Positions 44,072-62,378 of a stretch of DNA of 64,000 nt are shown in pieces; within the stretch, counting starts at the first letter, position 1, and every line of letters starts with the position of its first letter. The position numbers were made by a program, and so were the translations under genes. The DNA comes from Dictyostelium discoideum (Eukaryota): NCBI GenBank assembly GCA_000004695.1, contig CM000154.2, positions 704,001 through 768,000 on the forward strand, given 5' to 3'. The notes under the pieces were generated by a model. The model was not told where the DNA came from. It ran no database searches and worked only from the letters and a program-made list of their open reading frames with translations.

Positions 44072-44431
44072 AAATTAAATTAAATTATTTAAAATAAATA
44101 TAATAAAATAAACTTTCCAAAAATAAAAAGCTTAAAAAGGATTTGTAAATATAAAAAAAAAAATCTATTAAAAAAAAAAATAAAAAAAAAACTAAAAAAA
44201 ATTAATAGCAAAAAATAATCAAAACGAAACCCACTCCCCCCACACTACTCCCCTTTATTTCATTTTTATTGATTAAAATACTTTAATTGGTAATGTAATA
44301 ATAAAATTGTATTGCTGGTTATTGTAGTTGTAGTTGTTTTTTTAATTAATTGGTTACTCTTTAAGTAAAAGTAAAAAAAATAAAATGAACCAAATGAGAC
44401 TTGCAGTATTTTTATTATTATTATTATTATT

Positions 44432-44464
<33 letters not shown>

Positions 44465-44965
44465 TTCATTATTATTATTATTATTTATATTTATCTGAGG
44501 GTAGCCAGAATTTCCATTTGATCTGAACGATTCAAATCTTCCAGTGGTTAAAGCAGGAAACATTGGTTTTTGTTTAAAATTTGAAATATTGTTTTTTTTT
44601 TTTGAACTGGAAATCTTTGTTTTTTTTAAAAAAGAAAAAAGATTAATATGATTTTAGAATGATAAAAAACAAAAATAAAAAAAAAAAAAAAAAAAAATAA
44701 TAATCTTAAAAAAAAAAAAAAAAAATTAAAAAATAAAAAAAAAAAAAAATAATTAAAAAAAAGAAATTAGTTTGCTCAAAATAAGTAAAAATAATATAAA
44801 ATTAAAAATAAAATAAAATTAAAAATAAAAAAATAAAATAAAAAAAAAAAAAATTAAAAAAAAAAATTAAAAAAAAAAAAAAAAAAAAAATTTTCGATAC
44901 CCAATCATTATTGTTCACAAATAATCGACACTTCAATAAATATAAATATATCAATAACAACAGCA

Positions 44966-45441
44966 ATGGTAATAATTTTAAATAATCAAATTTTCAATCA
45001 ACCCAACAAACAAACAAAAAAAAATAAAAAATAAAAATTAATAAACTAACTTATTTTTTTTTACAAAAAAAAAAATAAAAATAAAATAAAAACAACTCAA
45101 TCATACACCAATTTATTTATTTATTTATAATACAGTCATCATCAATTAAATCATTCAAACCATTATTTGATCGTATTTTAGTTCAAAGATTAAGAAACTC
45201 TGATATTAAAACTGGTGGCGGTATTTATATTCCAGATAAAGTTGCAAATAAAACACACGAAGCTGTCGTAATTGAAGTTGGCACTGGAAGACGTACTGCC
45301 AATGGTTTTGCTCCACCACTCTTAAAGAAAGGTGATCGTATTTTACTTAATGAATCTCCACTTGGAGAAAAAATCACTGTAAATGGTGTTGAATGTGAAA
45401 TTCTCTCTGAAAATGAAGTTTTAGGTTTTATGGGAAATTAA
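44966..45441 (+). CDS. 10-kDa chaperonin (Hsp10/Cpn10/GroES), mitochondrial, 2 exons, 102 aa
   Basis: Exon 1 is the ATG alone (44966..44968). It is followed directly by the donor GTAATA. The intron is 167 nt. The acceptor cAG is at 45134-45135. Exon 2 is 45136..45441, encoding SSSIKSFKPLFDRILVQRLRNSDIKTGGGIYIPDKVANKTHEAVVIEVGTGRRTANGFAPPLLKKGDRILLNESPLGEKITVNGVECEILSENEVLGFMGN then stop. PL.DR.LV.R......T.GGI..P and the mobile loop are GroES family hallmarks. Confidence 0.85.
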
Positions 45442-45667
45442 AAAAAAATAAAATAAAATAAAAATAAATAAATAAATAAATAAATAAAACAAAAGTAATA
45501 AAAAAAAAAATGTACAAAAAAAAAAATAAAAAAAAACTTAAAATCGAGAAATTTAAAAAAATACTTGGATGCCCAAGATCTTTTTTTTTTTTTTTTTAAT
45601 ATTATAAATTTTTTTTTTTTTAATATTATAAATTTTTTTTTTTTTTCTTTTTTTTTAATTTATTTTA

Positions 45668-46615
45668 TTAATGAAGTAAATTTAATTTTTTTAATTCTTC
45701 TAATTCTGGAGTATTTTCAGGGGTGAAATTAGTCATGAATTCGACTTGAGTTGACATGGCAGATTTAATTTTCTCTTCTTCAGTACGTTTATCAGTATCG
45801 ACGATACCATATTCATCACCAAGAGCCTTCATTTTTTCACGATACCAACGAAGTACCTTAAAGAAATCTGAATGCATTTCAAGCATACGTACACGTTTAG
45901 CCATTGCAGAAGGATCTTCAACCATATTTTTAGAGACATATTCAAGATCTTGTTCCAATTCAGCAATGATATGAGAACGACGTGGGTTATCTTCTGGGAA
46001 ACTTTTGACAGCTTCGATTTGAGCTTCAATAATCTCCTTTTCCATTCTATGATATTGACGAAGACGACCATCCAATGAAGCAGAGAAGAAATCTTGGCTC
46101 TCTTGGAGATTGTAGGTGATCTCGTCGAGACCCTCTTTGTATGCGCTGTACTTTTCTTTGGATAATGGTTCGTTTGGGATCACTTCAAAACCCAAATCCA
46201 TCTTTAAATGATTTACACAATAATCGTCCAAACCATCCTCTAACCATTTAGTAACCTGAACGATACCATTTGACCAAACGTAAAGTTTTCTATATTCCTC
46301 GGCTTTGGTTGAGAATTTCTTTTTCATTGATACTAATTTATCATTCTCCTCTTGTAACTCCTCTTCATATTCACGACGTTTTGGATGAATTGGGAATTTC
46401 TTCATTACATTCAATTGTGCTTCAATCATATTTTGATCTGTTGTAACCTTTTTTAATTCATCTTCAAAGTATTCTGCTTGTTGTAATTTGGTTGCACTAC
46501 CACCAACATAAAAGTTGGTCATAATTTTCATTACTCTCTTTAATTTTTTATATTCTTGAATTGTTGGTGTATCATTGATATAATCAATATCATCTGCTGG
46601 TAAAATTCCGTGCAT
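45668..46615 (-). CDS. Hypothetical coiled-coil protein with an internal duplication, 315 aa
   Basis: The ORF has ATG at 46615. Composition is charged and helical (E/K/L rich). There are two related segments: ...MIEAQLNVMKKFPIHPKRREYEEELQEENDKL... and ...IIEAQIEAVKSFPEDNPRRSHIIAELEQDLEYV.... I recognise no family. Confidence 0.5.
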   Translation of the reverse strand: MHGILPADDIDYINDTPTIQEYKKLKRVMKIMTNFYVGGSATKLQQAEYFEDELKKVTTDQNMIEAQLNVMKKFPIHPKRREYEEELQEENDKLVSMKKKFSTKAEEYRKLYVWSNGIVQVTKWLEDGLDDYCVNHLKMDLGFEVIPNEPLSKEKYSAYKEGLDEITYNLQESQDFFSASLDGRLRQYHRMEKEIIEAQIEAVKSFPEDNPRRSHIIAELEQDLEYVSKNMVEDPSAMAKRVRMLEMHSDFFKVLRWYREKMKALGDEYGIVDTDKRTEEEKIKSAMSTQVEFMTNFTPENTPELEELKKLNLLH

Positions 46616-47625
46616 GGTCTTTAAAATTTAATATATTTATTTATATAAATAAATATATGTATTATTGTAATGATAAAATTAAAAAATTAAAATAAAAAAA
46701 TAAAAAAAAAAAAAAAAAAATGAAAAAACGAAATAGATTTTTTTTTATAAAAAAAATAAATTAAAATAAAAAAAAAAAAAAAAAAAAATTAAAACCCGAA
46801 TTTTGCCAGAGTTGATGATGTTATAATTGGTTTTAATTAAATATTTTTCTTTTTTTTTTTTTTAAAAAATTAAAAAAACCAAAAAAAAAAATAATTGAAT
46901 AAATATTTATATATATATTTCATATCAGTTATTTAAAAATTAATGAACATTATTTTTTTAATTTAATTTATTTTGGTTTAAAATTTATTGATGTTTTTGA
47001 AATTTATTTAATTTTATCCACTAAATTTTATTTTTATATATTATTTTATTTTCTATAAATGGATTATTTGTTAATTTATTTAAATGCCAAAAAAAAATAA
47101 AAAAATAAAAAAAAAGATGAATTTGGGAATTATTTAAATTTAAGTTAAAGTATAAATATAATAATTATTATTATATTAAAAGGAGTTAAAATGAAATTTT
47201 AGATAATTTTTTTTTTTTACTTTTTTAATACAAATAAATACCATTTATTTTATTAAAAATAAATGAATAAATAAAATAAAATAAAATAAAATTATTCAAA
47301 TCAGATAATAAAAAATAAATAAATAATTGGCAAAAAACCGAACGATTTTTTTTTTTTTTTTTATTTTTATTTTTTTTTTATTTTATTTTTTTTTTTTTCG
47401 TTTTCCAATTTTTTTTTTTTTTAGTTTTTTTATTCGTTTTTTTTTTTTCTCTTGATTTTTTATTGATTTATTTGTGTACAGTTTATTTAATTTCTTTTCT
47501 TTTTTTTTTTATAATCAATTTTTTTATATTTTTATTTTTATTTTATTATTTTTTATTTTTAAAAAAAAAAAAATAAATAAAAAAAAAGAGAAAAAAAAAA
47601 AAAAAAAGAAAAAAAAAAGAAAGAA

Positions 47626-51503
<3,878 letters not shown>

Positions 51504-51902
51504 AGAATTAATTCATAATAATAAAAAAAAAAAAAAATAAAAAAAAAAAAAAAAAAAAGTATTTACAAAAGATAAAATAAAATTAATAAATAAAAAAAAA
51601 AAAAAAATTATATAAAATAAAAACCAAAAAAAAAAAAAAAATAATTCAATATTATATTCCATTGTCAATTATTTGATTTCTTTTTCTCTTTTTTCTTTTC
51701 TTTTTTTTTTTTTATTCATAAATAGAAACACACCACGTGGTGTCTAAAATTTTTTTTTTTTTTTTAAAATTTTTTTCATTTTTTTTTTAAACTTTTCACC
51801 AAACAATAGTTTGCAAATTACATGCTTTTTTTATCTTTATTTTTAAAGATTTTAAATAGTTTTATTTAAAATTGTATTTAATTATATTTTATAATTATTT
51901 AC

Positions 51903-51942
<40 letters not shown>

Positions 51943-52112
51943 AAAATAAAAAGAAAAAAATATATATAAAATATAAAATATAAAATATAATATATAAAAT
52001 AAAAAATAAAAAATAAAATAATAGGTAAAATTCCATTTTTTTTTTTTTTTATTTCATTTTATTTTTTTATTTTTTTAATTTTTTTTATTTCTTTAAGAGA
52101 TTTTAAAATTAT

Positions 52113-53297
52113 TTGATGGATTTATTATGGTTATTACCTTTAATAATTGGTGCAATATTATGGGCAGGATGTGATGTAATTTCAGATGGTGTGATTGGAG
52201 AAGATCATGAAGAAGGAATTGAAGAGAAATCAAAAAAAGATATAGATTTAAAAACCATTGAAATTGCATCATCGTCATCAACAATATCAACATTATCATC
52301 ATCATCATCGTCATCATCATCAAGTAATAATCAACACCACCATGGTAGTGAACAATCATCAGATAAATTAACAGGCGAACAAGATTCAATTGTATCAGCT
52401 ATTGTAATGTTTTTTTTAGTAATATTAGTACATATGGCAATGGGTAACGAGCTATTGTATGATTATTATGAAAGTTATTTAGTGAATGGTGGATTCACAG
52501 CAGAGAATAGTTTAGAGCGTATTAAACCATCCACAATTACATTGGCAGCATTAATTGGAGGTGCATTTCAATGTGGCTCATTAATTTATCTATTGAAGGC
52601 ATTTGAAACATCATCTTCAACCATCATCGTACCAATGATGCAATTAAATTCAATCATAATTCTACCATTAAGCATCATCCTATCAATACTTTCCTACTAT
52701 TTCCCAATTTTGGTGACCTTTCATAAAATCATCACACCAACCCATCTATTTGCATTTGTTTTAATCTTTGTGGGAAGTTTCTATCCATCATTGGAGGGTG
52801 ATTTCAGCCAATTATCAAAGATGTCATTTTGGAGACAAAAGGCGGTCAAATACGTTTTAATCTCTGATTTCCTAATTGCAATCTACTATTTGATCGTATC
52901 GTTTTGTACAAATGAAACTGGTGCTATGAGCTCAAAATCTTTCTTGGTAATATCAACCTATGGTAGTTGTATGACCTTTGCGTTGTTAATTGCCTTTGTC
53001 AAAACTTTTAGAAGGTCTGCCTTAACATTGGTCAATGTCAAAAGAAAATATGTTTATCTATCCTCAGCTGGTGAAATTTTATCATTATCTGGTTACTTTT
53101 TTGTTTCAATATCTTATCATCTCTATTATAATAGTGGCATTGTTTCTGCCGCTGAAGGTGCCCTCAATCAATTCTTTAATCTCATAGTTGCCATTCTCTT
53201 AAAGAAATTTATAAACTTTGGTAGAGATGTTAAAAGAGTTAAAGAAAAGGTTTTCTCTTGTTTAATTGTTACTGTTGGTTTACTTTTAACAACTTAA
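52113..53297 (+). CDS. Polytopic membrane protein (about 9-10 predicted TM helices), 394 aa, function unknown. It may be a transporter-like (DMT/EamA-type) fold.
   Basis: The ORF has a hydrophobic N-terminus (MMDLLWLLPLIIGAILWAGC) and a Ser-rich loop. Hydrophobic 20-residue stretches then repeat through to the C-terminus (VMFFLVILVHMAMG, ITLAALIGGAFQCGSLIYLL, IIILPLSIILSILSYYFPILV, LFAFVLIFVGSFYP, VLISDFLIAIYYLIVSF, FLVISTYGSCMTFALLIAFV, ILSLSGYFFVSISY, FFNLIVAILL, CLIVTVGLLLTT). Confidence 0.6.
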   Translation: MMDLLWLLPLIIGAILWAGCDVISDGVIGEDHEEGIEEKSKKDIDLKTIEIASSSSTISTLSSSSSSSSSSNNQHHHGSEQSSDKLTGEQDSIVSAIVMFFLVILVHMAMGNELLYDYYESYLVNGGFTAENSLERIKPSTITLAALIGGAFQCGSLIYLLKAFETSSSTIIVPMMQLNSIIILPLSIILSILSYYFPILVTFHKIITPTHLFAFVLIFVGSFYPSLEGDFSQLSKMSFWRQKAVKYVLISDFLIAIYYLIVSFCTNETGAMSSKSFLVISTYGSCMTFALLIAFVKTFRRSALTLVNVKRKYVYLSSAGEILSLSGYFFVSISYHLYYNSGIVSAAEGALNQFFNLIVAILLKKFINFGRDVKRVKEKVFSCLIVTVGLLLTT

Positions 53298-53446
53298 ATA
53301 AACAAATAAATAAATAAATAAATTAATGAATAAATTAATAAATAAATAAATTAATAAATCAATTAATTAATTAATAAATAAATAAATTAATAAATTAATA
53401 AATTAATTAATTAATTAAATAATTAGTTAATAAATTAATAAATGAA

Positions 53447-53505
<59 letters not shown>

Positions 53506-53560
53506 ATTAATAAATTAATTAATAAATAAATAAATAAATAATAAATAAATAAATAAATAA
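53295..53560. repeat. (AAAT)n / (AAATAAATTAAT)n compound microsatellite
   Basis: Seen directly: aaataaataaataaat... and ttaataaattaataaat blocks over about 270 bp. Confidence 0.95.
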
Positions 53561-54175
53561 AAAATAAATAAATTTCAAAAAAAAAATTAATTTTTTTATA
53601 AATAATTTTAAATTTTATTCAATTTAATATTATTTGAGATTAGTTATTTAATTATTTTTTTATTTAGATGATAATATATTATTTATTAATTAATTAATTA
53701 AATTTTTTATTATTTATTTATTTAAAAATTATTAAAAAAAATTTTGATTTGTTTTCAAATGAAAATTTTTTTTTTTAGGAGGAATTGTAATCAACTATTA
53801 TTATTTTTTTCTCTTTTCGTTTATTAAAATCTTATTTAAAAAAAAAAAAAAAAAAAAATTAATAAAAAAAGGATTTAATTATTCATTTTATTTGCCCGAG
53901 TATCTCATTTAAAAAATAAAAAAAAAAAAAAAAAAAAAAAAAAATCGTTCAATAACCGCCAAAAAAAAATTTTCCACCCATTTTTTCAAATTTTCAAAAA
54001 CTTATTCTTAATACTTTTTTTTTTTATTTTTTTTTTTTTTATTTTTTTTTCAACTTACGTTCTTGTTTTATATCCATTTTTTTTTTTCCATTAATTTTTA
54101 TTATAAAATAAAAAAAAGATAAATTTTTTAAAAAAAAAAATAAAAAAAATAAATAAAAATATATATAAATTTAAA

Positions 54176-56474
<2,299 letters not shown>

Positions 56475-56532
56475 CAAATTTAACATATGTATAACAAAGA
56501 TTCGTAATAAAAAAGTTTATTTGTGTATATGT

Positions 56533-56574
<42 letters not shown>

Positions 56575-56581
56575 TTTATTT

Positions 56582-57257
56582 TTATTTTTTAAAAGGAGTA
56601 CAAATATGAGTACAACCAGTTGGACAAGATTTTTGATTTTTATCAATAAACCAACTTTTCATATGTTCTAAATGACCACCATGACCACAACCTTGACACC
56701 AAACCCACATACCTTTTACAGGTAAACGACAAATGGAACATTTACTTGATGCTTTATTACATTTCTCACAGATGATACTATTTTGAGGAATTGATTTGCC
56801 ACAGGATGAACAAGCACTAATGAGAGTGGTATGTCTTTTCGAAGCTTGATTAATGATTTGATCATCACAATATTTCATTACTTCCAAAGCCAAGCTCCAC
56901 ATTTTATAACGTTGAAGTAATTCAATGTAAGAACCAAACCACGTTGTCAATCTATGTTTTTCAATATTTAAATCCATATATCTTCCCAAAATTAATACAA
57001 TGAATACACATGTTTGAACATCACCTTTCTCTATACATGCTTCCAACATATCTGTTATAATTGGCTGAAAGTTAAATTCTTCAAATTCAAAACATGGTAT
57101 TAAAATCTTTAATGAATCATTTTCATCATTTGATTTATTATCTTCATCATTGATTTCTTTTTTATCTAAAATATCTTTTTTATTTTCTATTGATTTATTT
57201 TTGATTTTATTCTTTTTATTATTTATATTATTATTATTATTATTATCATTATTATTA

Positions 57258-57355
<98 letters not shown>

Positions 57356-58119
57356 GTTATCATTATTATTATTGATTTCATCGTTATCTTCACCAATATT
57401 GTCAACATCATTGTCGTCATCATCATTATTATCTTTATTGTCATTATCTATTTCATTATTATCTATTTTTTCTTTATTATCATTTCTTTTTTGTTTATTT
57501 TGATCAGTTAATGATGATTCTTTATTTTCTTTTGTTGATTTTGATTTATTACTTTTCTTTTCTAAATTATCTATATTGCTATTATTATTATTATTATTGG
57601 TTGGTTGATTTTGCCTTTTGATATTTACATGTACATTAGAATTATTATCTGAAATATTATCGGTTGATTTTTGTCTTTCTAAAGAAATTGATGTTGGTAA
57701 TGATACTAAAGGTGTAACAGCTTCCGCTGAGAGTATATTACAAAATTGATCATTGCCAGTATCATTTGCATTAAATTCCATTAATGAAGAGGAGGGTGGT
57801 TCTTTTGCAGTCATCATATCATTTGATGGGTCAAATATATCACCCATTTGATTATCATCAAGGTTATTACTTGTATTATCATCATCCTCTTCTTCATCTT
57901 CTTTGTCCTCTTTATTTATATTAATTTCTTGATTACTATCATTACTATTATCTATGATATTTTTTGAATCTAATTGTTTATTCTCTAAATTTTCAATATA
58001 TTGAATTTGTTGTTCTTTTATATTTTTATCATTTTGTTGTCGCAATTGTTGTTGTGGTTGTTGTAGTTGTTGTTGTTGTTGTGGTTGTTGTAGTTGTGGT
58101 TGTTGTAGTTGTTGTTGTG

Positions 58120-58168
<49 letters not shown>

Positions 58169-58637
58169 CTTTAATTTTTGAGGTTGCTGTTTTTCAATTT
58201 TTTTATTATTTAATTTTTCCAATTCTTCTTTTTGTTGTTGTTCGATTAATTCTTTATGTTGTTGAATTTCATCCAAGTTACTATAATGAAGTTTTAAAAG
58301 TGACCACATTGTACTTATATGATGTTGATTTACAGATTGTGATACAAATTGATTATGATCACATAATTGATTAAAAGATTCACCTCTAAATCTATAGTTT
58401 TTTGCAAAATGTTCAAATAAATATTTTTCGTCATATACAATTTCAGAGTTTTGATATTTTGGTGTATAAATATTCATTATACCTTGTTCAACTTTTACTA
58501 AAGGTGGTAATGGTGGTGGTGTTGGTACATTAAATGATGCAAAAAATGATGGAAATTGTGTTGATAAAGATGGTAATGATCTGAAATAATAATAATAATA
58601 ATAAAATATTAATATTAATAAATAATTTGAATTTAAC

Positions 58638-58734
<97 letters not shown>

Positions 58735-60012
58735 GTTGATTAATTAATTTAACTTACTCATTACTTTGTGTTCTATTAATTTTATCATTAATTGAAGCTA
58801 ATTCATTATTTACATTCCAAGTAATACCAGTTGTACGAATATGTTGATAAGGTTTATAAGAATCTTGAAACTCATTAAGGAGTAAATGGCTATCTTTACT
58901 ACAAGAGATTAGAGAGGAAGGTGATTTCCAAATTAGACCAGTTGGAACATCACGATGATCAGTGAAAGAGAATAGAGGGATATAAGGTTTTTTAACGTCC
59001 CAAATATGAATTTGAAAGTCTACGATTGAAGAACAACTTGCAATATGCCATTTGTTACCAGGACGCCATTTGATACGTGAAACACTTGAGATGGTGGAAA
59101 CATTGTTTAGAGATTTACCATTTGAGAAATCCCAAACTCTAATGGCACGATCTCTACCACCACTTGCAATGATATTCTTCTCTTCTGGATGCCAATCGAT
59201 GGTTAATACCAAACCTTGATGAGAGGTGATTTTCTCCACTGCAATCGTTGGTTTTCTGATATCCCATAATTGAATGGTACCATTATCAAATGCTGCAGCA
59301 AATTGATTGGCTTGTGATGGATTAAATTGAACGTCTCTTATCGATTCAGATTTTGGTGAAAATGTAATCTTACTTGCATTTGCACTATCCCTAATATCCC
59401 ACATTCTAAGGGTATTATCTTGTGAACCAGTTAATATACAATCCAATTTCTCTGGATGCCATGCTAATTTATTCACTGCTCTACTATGATCTGTAAAAAC
59501 TCTTTCAACTGATTTAGATCCTTCTCTAACTGTATTCCAAATTACTACTGCTCCATTTGTTGCTGCTGTTGCTATTAAAAATCTATAATCTTTTATTTTA
59601 TTTTATTTTAATATTTATATAATTATTTCTTTTTTTATTTTTATTACTAAATATTTTTTTTTACTTACTTTCTAATAATGATGGATGCCAACAACAATCA
59701 TTACCAGTATAATTTAATGATTGAGTTTTACCTGCTCTTAGATTACTTGTTACTTTAAATTCATTATTTTGTACAGAGACAATTTTCACAACTTATTTTT
59801 TTTAAAAAGTTTTTGAAAAAATTAGTATTTATTTATTTAATTTTATTATTTGTTTATTTATTTATTGTTTATTTGTTTGTTTGTTTATACATACTATCTC
59901 TACCGGCTACAATTAATTTTGTACTATCAGGTGATGAACTGATTGCACTAAGTGGACTACCCAAGTTTAAATAAGTCTGGCATTTATTTGGTGGTTGATT
60001 CATTTGATTCAT
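56582..60012 (-). CDS. WDR24 homologue (GATOR2 / SEA complex WD-repeat subunit with C-terminal RING-like zinc finger), 4 exons, about 1023 aa
   Basis: Exons on the minus strand are 59895..60012 (MNQMNQPPNKCQTYLNLGSPLSAISSSPDSTKLIVAGRD), 59669..59791, 58758..59589 and 56582..58580. Donors are gtatgt, gtaagt and gtaagt. The protein is colinear with WDR24. AISSSPDSTKLIVAGRD matches AISVCRDAAQVVVAGR. FLIATAATNGAVVIWN matches LLATAATNGVVVTWN. There are seven WD repeats (..GTIQLWDIRKP.., ..RAIRVWDF.., ..IHIWDVKKP..). FRGESFNQLCDHNQ matches LAELCDHNAK. The C-terminus is CSICRLPVKGMWVWCQGCGHGGHLEHMKSWF...CPTGCTHIC, the GATOR2-type RING-like finger. Long poly-N and poly-Q tracts are internal. Confidence 0.85.
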
Positions 60013-60641
60013 GATATATTAAATTTTATTGTAAACTATTTATATTATTATTATTATTGTTATTATTAACTATTATATATTATCTATCTATTATTAAATT
60101 TTTTTATTTTTATTTTTGTGTGTGCTGTATAAAAAAAGGGAACAATTATTAAAGTTGCTTTTTTTGAAATATCATATTAATAATAGAAATAAAGATTTTT
60201 AGATCTCCATCCCTATTGTAAAAATCAGTATACTATGATTAAATACTGATTCAAATAAAAAAAAAAAAAAATTTAAAATGATTTGTAATGAATGAGATAA
60301 TTATGTGTTTGTGCACACAGGTGAAGGTTGAAAAAAATAAAAATTAAAAAAAAAAAAATAAAATTAAAAAAAAAAAATAAAAAATTGTTGAAAAATAAAA
60401 AATAAAAAAAATAAAAAATAAAAAAAAAAAAAAAATGGTGGTTAGCAAGATAATTCCAAAATATCAAAAAAAAAAAAAATTAATCAATCGTTTTCCCAAA
60501 ATTTATAAATAGAACAAAAAAAAATAAATAAAGAAAATAAATAAAAAAAAAAAAACAATTAAATAAATAAATTATTTTAAAAGTGAAAAATTAATTTTTA
60601 TTTTAAAATTAATGATTAAATTTGATGATGACCAGGAAAAT

Positions 60642-61139
60642 TTAGAATCTGATATAAAGGATACTTAAATTTGGTTGTCTATTTCCTTCAATAATGAAAC
60701 CAAAAGTGTATGATGCATGGGCATTGATTGATTCTTGATAAGATGGAAGAGTCATAACACCTGGTGAAATACGAACCATATTCCAAAGTGAGCTTGAATC
60801 TCTTAATCTGAAACTATAATCATAACCAATATAAATATCCAAAATATTACAGTTTGTTGGATTTACAATTGTGACATCATATTGAGTGTAAGTTTTACCA
60901 CAGTCAACCCAACTATTAATACATTTGAACACTAAATAAACTTCTCTATAATGTCCATGGTCATAACAAGAACATTTGTTATCTTTTACATGACAAGTAT
61001 GTTCACCTCCACAATTACCTGGACAACTATAAGGTGGTCTTCCTCTTGCAACTGCATCATTGAACTCTTCAGAATTTTGAGCTGAAACAAATGCAATTGT
61101 TAATAATAAACCAAGTAATATTAATACTATTGATTTCAT
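60642..61139 (-). CDS. Small secreted Cys-rich protein, 165 aa (tandem copy 1)
   Basis: The signal peptide is MKSIVLILLGLLLTIAFVSA. A Cys-rich segment CPGNCGGEHTCHVKDNKCSCYDHGHY...CINSWVDC is followed by a beta-rich C-terminal half. It is nearly identical to the ORF at 61881..62378. Confidence 0.65.
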   Translation of the reverse strand: MKSIVLILLGLLLTIAFVSAQNSEEFNDAVARGRPPYSCPGNCGGEHTCHVKDNKCSCYDHGHYREVYLVFKCINSWVDCGKTYTQYDVTIVNPTNCNILDIYIGYDYSFRLRDSSSLWNMVRISPGVMTLPSYQESINAHASYTFGFIIEGNRQPNLSILYIRF

Positions 61140-61258
61140 TTTTTATTATTATTATTAAGATTTATAAATTATTCTTTAGCAATTTAATTTATTACTGTTA
61201 TAATTAAAATTCAAATATCCCTTTATATACTTTTTTTTAAAAAAATTAAAATAAATAA

Positions 61259-61289
<31 letters not shown>

Positions 61290-61880
61290 ATAGATAAAAA
61301 AAAAAATAATAATAAATAAATAATAAAAATAATTTTATTAATTTAAATAAAAAAAGGAAATAATTATTAATTATTTCAAAGGGATATATGATTGTTAATA
61401 TTTTTTGATTGTTAGTTTTACAACCTATTAAAAGAATAAAAATACCCCCATTTTAAATTTTGAAAAAAATAAAATATAAAAAATAATAAATTTGGTTTTG
61501 TTAAAAAAAAAAAACCACATTCAAAAGCAAAAACATTTTTAATATTATAACCCTTTCCATGATTTTTTATAATTTTAATAGTTTTGGTCTTTAAATATTT
61601 TAAATTATTTTAATGAAAATATTATAAGGTTGAACATTAAAATGGTGAAAAGTAATTCCATGAGGCGCAGTTGGCCACCTTTTTTTTTTTTTTACTTTTA
61701 TTTTTTATTTCCAATACAGCGCCCCCTCAATAAATTATTTATTTAAAAAAAAAATTAAAAAAAAAAAAAAAATTTGTATATTCATTTCCAAAAAAATAAA
61801 TAAAAAAATGTGTTTTAAAAAGTGAAAAATTAATTTATTAATTAATGATTAAATTTGAAGTGATTTCCAACTTTAATAAT

Positions 61881-62378
61881 TTAGAATCTGATATAAAGGA
61901 TATTAAAATTTGGTTGTCTATTTCCCTCAATAATGAAACCAAAGGTGTATGATGCATGAGCATTGATTGATTCTTGATAAGATGGTAGGGTCATAACACC
62001 ATGTGAAATACGAACCATATTCCAAAGTGAGCTTGAATCTCTTAATCTGAAACTATAATCATAACCAATGTAAATATCCAAAATATTACAGTTTGTTGGA
62101 TTTACAATTGTGACATCATATTGAGTGTAAGTTTTACCACAGTCAACCCAACTATTAATACATTTGAACACTAAATAAACTTCTCTATAATGTCCATGAT
62201 GGTAGCAACTACATTTGTTATCTTTTACATGGCAAGTATGTTCACCTCCACAATTACCTGGACAACTATAAGGTGGTCTTCCTCTTGCAACTGCATCATT
62301 AAATTCTTCAGAATTATGAGCTGAAACAAATGCAATTGTTAATAATAAACCAAGTAATATTAAAACTATTGATTTCAT
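61881..62378 (-). CDS. Small secreted Cys-rich protein, 165 aa (tandem copy 2)
   Basis: Same architecture as the gene at 60642. It differs at about 5 residues (Q21H, D59H, P126H, L158F, S159N). Similarity extends about 70 bp into the 3' flank. Confidence 0.65.
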   Translation of the reverse strand: MKSIVLILLGLLLTIAFVSAHNSEEFNDAVARGRPPYSCPGNCGGEHTCHVKDNKCSCYHHGHYREVYLVFKCINSWVDCGKTYTQYDVTIVNPTNCNILDIYIGYDYSFRLRDSSSLWNMVRISHGVMTLPSYQESINAHASYTFGFIIEGNRQPNFNILYIRF

